64,000 nt of DNA from NCBI GenBank assembly GCA_036172245.1, contig JAYWIR010000016.1, forward strand, positions 1,178,001 to 1,242,000, given 5' to 3'. The notes beneath the pieces were generated by a model, which saw nothing but the letters and a program-made list of their open reading frames with translations, was not told the origin of the DNA and searched no databases. This document shows positions 61,201 to 64,000 of this stretch, piece after piece. The translations under genes were made by a program, and so were the position numbers. The DNA comes from Raillietiella orientalis (lineage: Eukaryota). Position 1 is the stretch's first letter, and every line of letters starts with the position of its first letter.

Positions 61201-61287
61201 AGACCCCATTGCAACAGCAGAAGTGCCTTCGAAGACCTCTCCTATTTCCAGCCGGCCTGCGTTCCGTGCCCGGAGGTTCGAGGTTTT

Positions 61288-61620
61288 TCACCCAGGTGAG
61301 CCGGGGCTTTTATTATTAAAATTTTTACAACAAAATTTCATAATAAAGTCTTGATTTTTTGTCAAATAAGGTTTTTCTTTCTTTGCTTTGTTTTTCAGTC
61401 GGGACACATGGTCCGACTGTCTTGAGGCACTTGTTCTTACCGACCCGCAGGTCGATAAGGTCCTCCACACTGGCGCAGGGGCGGAGGTTCGAGGTGGAAC
61501 GCGCGCAAAGGGAGAAAGAAGAGCGCGTGGGAGACAGAGCCCCCGCTCCGCGTTCGGGCCGAGGCCCTGCTAGGGCAGGAAACCTGCCGGACTGCACGAA
61601 CGCGGGGGCGTCGAACCCGG
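61288..61620 (-). mobile_element. Element end carrying the shared terminal hairpin but a different body
   Basis: AATAAAAGCCCCGGCTCACCTGGGTG; upstream sequence does not resemble the other UTRs. Confidence 0.45.
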
Positions 61621-61649
61621 AGTGAGATTTTTGCAGCCGTCGAGACCGC

Positions 61650-62645
61650 GATGCATCAAGAAGGACGTTGCAGCCGAATATTGGCGAGGGCGGGGACGCC
61701 CACTTCTGGGCTGCCGACCGGCGGGTTGGGAGTTTTCCTGCACCGCTGCAGGGAGGACGAAAACTCGTCAACGGCTGGAAGAGCTGGGACGAGTTGGTGG
61801 GCGCTGCCACTCTGCGTACCCTGGCAAGGGGACTAAGTGAGGGGGTGTCCACCGTTCAGTGTGCCTCCCGATGACAAGCGAGTGGTTGATCCCTCTTGCT
61901 GGGACTCGTCGGTGTTCCCCATCGGATGGAAGCTGATGCTCCTGCATAGGGGAATCCAGCGCAATCAGCTATGGCGCCCTCGTCTCCGGGATAGCTGCAT
62001 CCCCGAACCTGTCCAGGTGCGGGTCGGTGGAATCAGTCCCGCCGCGTTCTCCGCGATCTGTGTCGGAGGCTGGCTGCAGCTCTGCTGCGTCGGGAGGACG
62101 CCGCACGTGACCTACAAACGCGGCAGTTCTTCGCGCTCGGCGGACTTTCGACTGGCGTAGCGATCGCGACGGCATGTTGCGTGCGCCCCATCGTCACAGC
62201 ACGCCACGTCTTGCAGATGCAAGCGCAGCGGCGTCCGCAAGATGCGAGGGTGCCTGCTGGGTGGCCTCATCTGGGAGCGGAAGTCAAAGCGGAGGGTCAC
62301 CGGCATCCTGTGCCGGTTCTGAGCCTGTTCGTCCGGCCGACACCGGTGACTCCACACTCCCTTTATTTATTTTGCTTTTTTATTGCCCCCCCCCTCCTTT
62401 CGCTCCGGACTATCCCAGCTTTTTCATTTGTCAAGATGGAGAGACATCAATGACCCTTGGCCCATCCCTCCCGTATTCCCATATTTATCTGTCATCCCCT
62501 CCTTCCCTTTCCAGGTATTTAGAAATTCCGGCCTGCGTGTCTGTGGACTCTTCCCCGGAAGTTCGTTCGTCTACCGCTTGGAACTGCGTGTTCCCAAGGG
62601 GTTTATTTTCTGTATTTTGGAAGGAACGCAGCGGTGCGACCGAAG
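61650..62645 (+). mobile_element. Non-LTR 3' fragment(s)
   Basis: FPIGWKLMLLHRGI, CCVRPIVTARHVL..GWPHLGAEVKAE; UTR with cttggaac-tgcgt-gttcccaag hairpin. Confidence 0.7.
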
Positions 62646-62949
62646 GGGGACTTCCGAGCATCGTAGCGACTTGGATAAACAGCTGCTTGAATCAGTCTGG
62701 TCCCTGTTGCGGCGGAGGGAAATCCCCGAAGCAAAAACAAACCGGCCTGGGCAAATTGTGCGGAGAAACTGCCAAGCGGGCAGGGAGGCTGGCAAACAGA
62801 ACCTGCAGATGATGGAGTTCAAGTCGCGAGTGCGTCTATCGTCCTCCGCGCATCCTCAGCAGCAGCGATTATCATGGCTGGATCCTCCCGATGCTGCATT
62901 TGCCGTGGGAAAGGAAAGATGTGACCTCCGCGCTATCGGACGAGGGGGT

Positions 62950-63190
62950 TGCTGCCCCGTGAAACCAAGCGCTGCGGGCTCCAATCCCCACGTGAAGGAT
63001 CGACTCCAGAAGAATGGGTGCTTCGTGGATTCGGGTTCCCCCTACAGGATGACGCTGGTTAGCCTGTAGGCTTCGGGTGCAGTACTGGTGGGGACAGCCG
63101 GGAACCGGATGCCCCTGTTGACCGGCTAGGATTGGAAGTTGACCCCACGGACTCTTTCCAGGACATCAAAGAGCCCTTGGGGGTTTTCAT
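62950..63190 (+). mobile_element. tRNA-derived SINE-like element (partial)
   Basis: ggatgacgctggttagcctgtaggcttcgggtgcagtactggtg, ggatgcccctgttgaccggctaggattggaag, ttccaggacatcaaagagccc. Confidence 0.75.
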
Positions 63191-64000
63191 CCATCTCCTT
63201 CCTCGAGGGAATCCGCCATCGCGTGCCATCGAGCTGGTTGACGCCCTTTTCGTGACGTCATCTCTCCCAAGATGTGACCCAGATCTCTGATAACTCGCGT
63301 CTGTCCTCTTGACTTCTGCAAAGTCAATCAGACTCTCGGAGGACTGTCATCTTCTCGGAGAGCTACCTCATCAGCGGACGTCCCTCGTCCCTCTTTCGCG
63401 CACATCTTTTTCAGATCTTTTGCCAAATGGACTTCCCCTCGTTAGATCAAGGGAAAGCGCGTGAGTCCGGATGGAACACGTGAGGATGCTGGAAGCTCAA
63501 TACAAGTCTGCTGTGCCGTCCGCTGCATCGGGCATCTCGTCGGGGACCGCGACACATGGAAGACAAGCTCAGCTCCTTTCTTTCTCCAGCAGGTACTCGA
63601 CAGGTGCTCTTTCAGCCTTCCTGTGGCCTGCGAGATCCGAAACTGGTCGGGAAACTTTGCAGTGTTGCCTGGACGCTGCTCCCGCAGCTCCTTGGTGACC
63701 GCATCCGCTGCGACGGCCGCACGACGCGAGAGGTTGCTCCGTCCCATCCTTCAATTTCCTGAACGTTCTGGTTCTCTTCCTCCTGTCTGTTGCCGCTTCC
63801 AGAGTAGGGAGCAGGGGAGACATTCCCGTTCCTCGACGGCGCGACTCCTACCGGACCACCTTGCGGCGCATTCTCTTGCAATAACTAAATTTCCCTTCCC
63901 AGTCCGAAATCCCGTTTCCCCGACGCCGTACTCCCGAATCTTCCTGCAGCCTGTACATTGCGATCTCACTGCTGTTCATCTACCTACGGGACTGGGAGGA

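Overview
Eukaryotic, most likely arthropod, genomic DNA with three intact spliced genes in the first third and decayed mobile DNA in the rest. The genes are DNA primase large subunit (PRIM2, +, 4308-6249), SDR-type L-threonine 3-dehydrogenase (TDH, -, 6253 to about 7455, start unresolved) and a ~25-exon thioester-less macroglobulin complement-related gene (Mcr/TEP6-like, +, 7726-21489). PRIM2 and TDH are AT-rich, have mostly 41-50 nt introns and converge with only 3 bp between stop codons. The remainder holds many fragments of a Tx1/L1-like non-LTR retrotransposon family sharing a covarying multi-hairpin 3' tail with no clear poly(A), and a tRNA-derived SINE-like family with two T-arm/B-box motifs and cUUCGg hairpins. 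It also holds an ankyrin-PRANC-like pseudogene, probable MULE+Ulp1 and CACTA-like transposase relics, scattered decayed C2H2 zinc-finger-like text, a ~770 bp near-identical inverted repeat 34 kb apart and a concentric fold-back at 26.9-30.0 kb. All protein assignments come from manual translation and motif recognition; no search was run and relic boundaries are approximate. No CRISPR, rRNA or intact tRNA was found, and I cannot claim a proven new system. The best leads are the structured retroelement tail and the ankyrin-PRANC relic.
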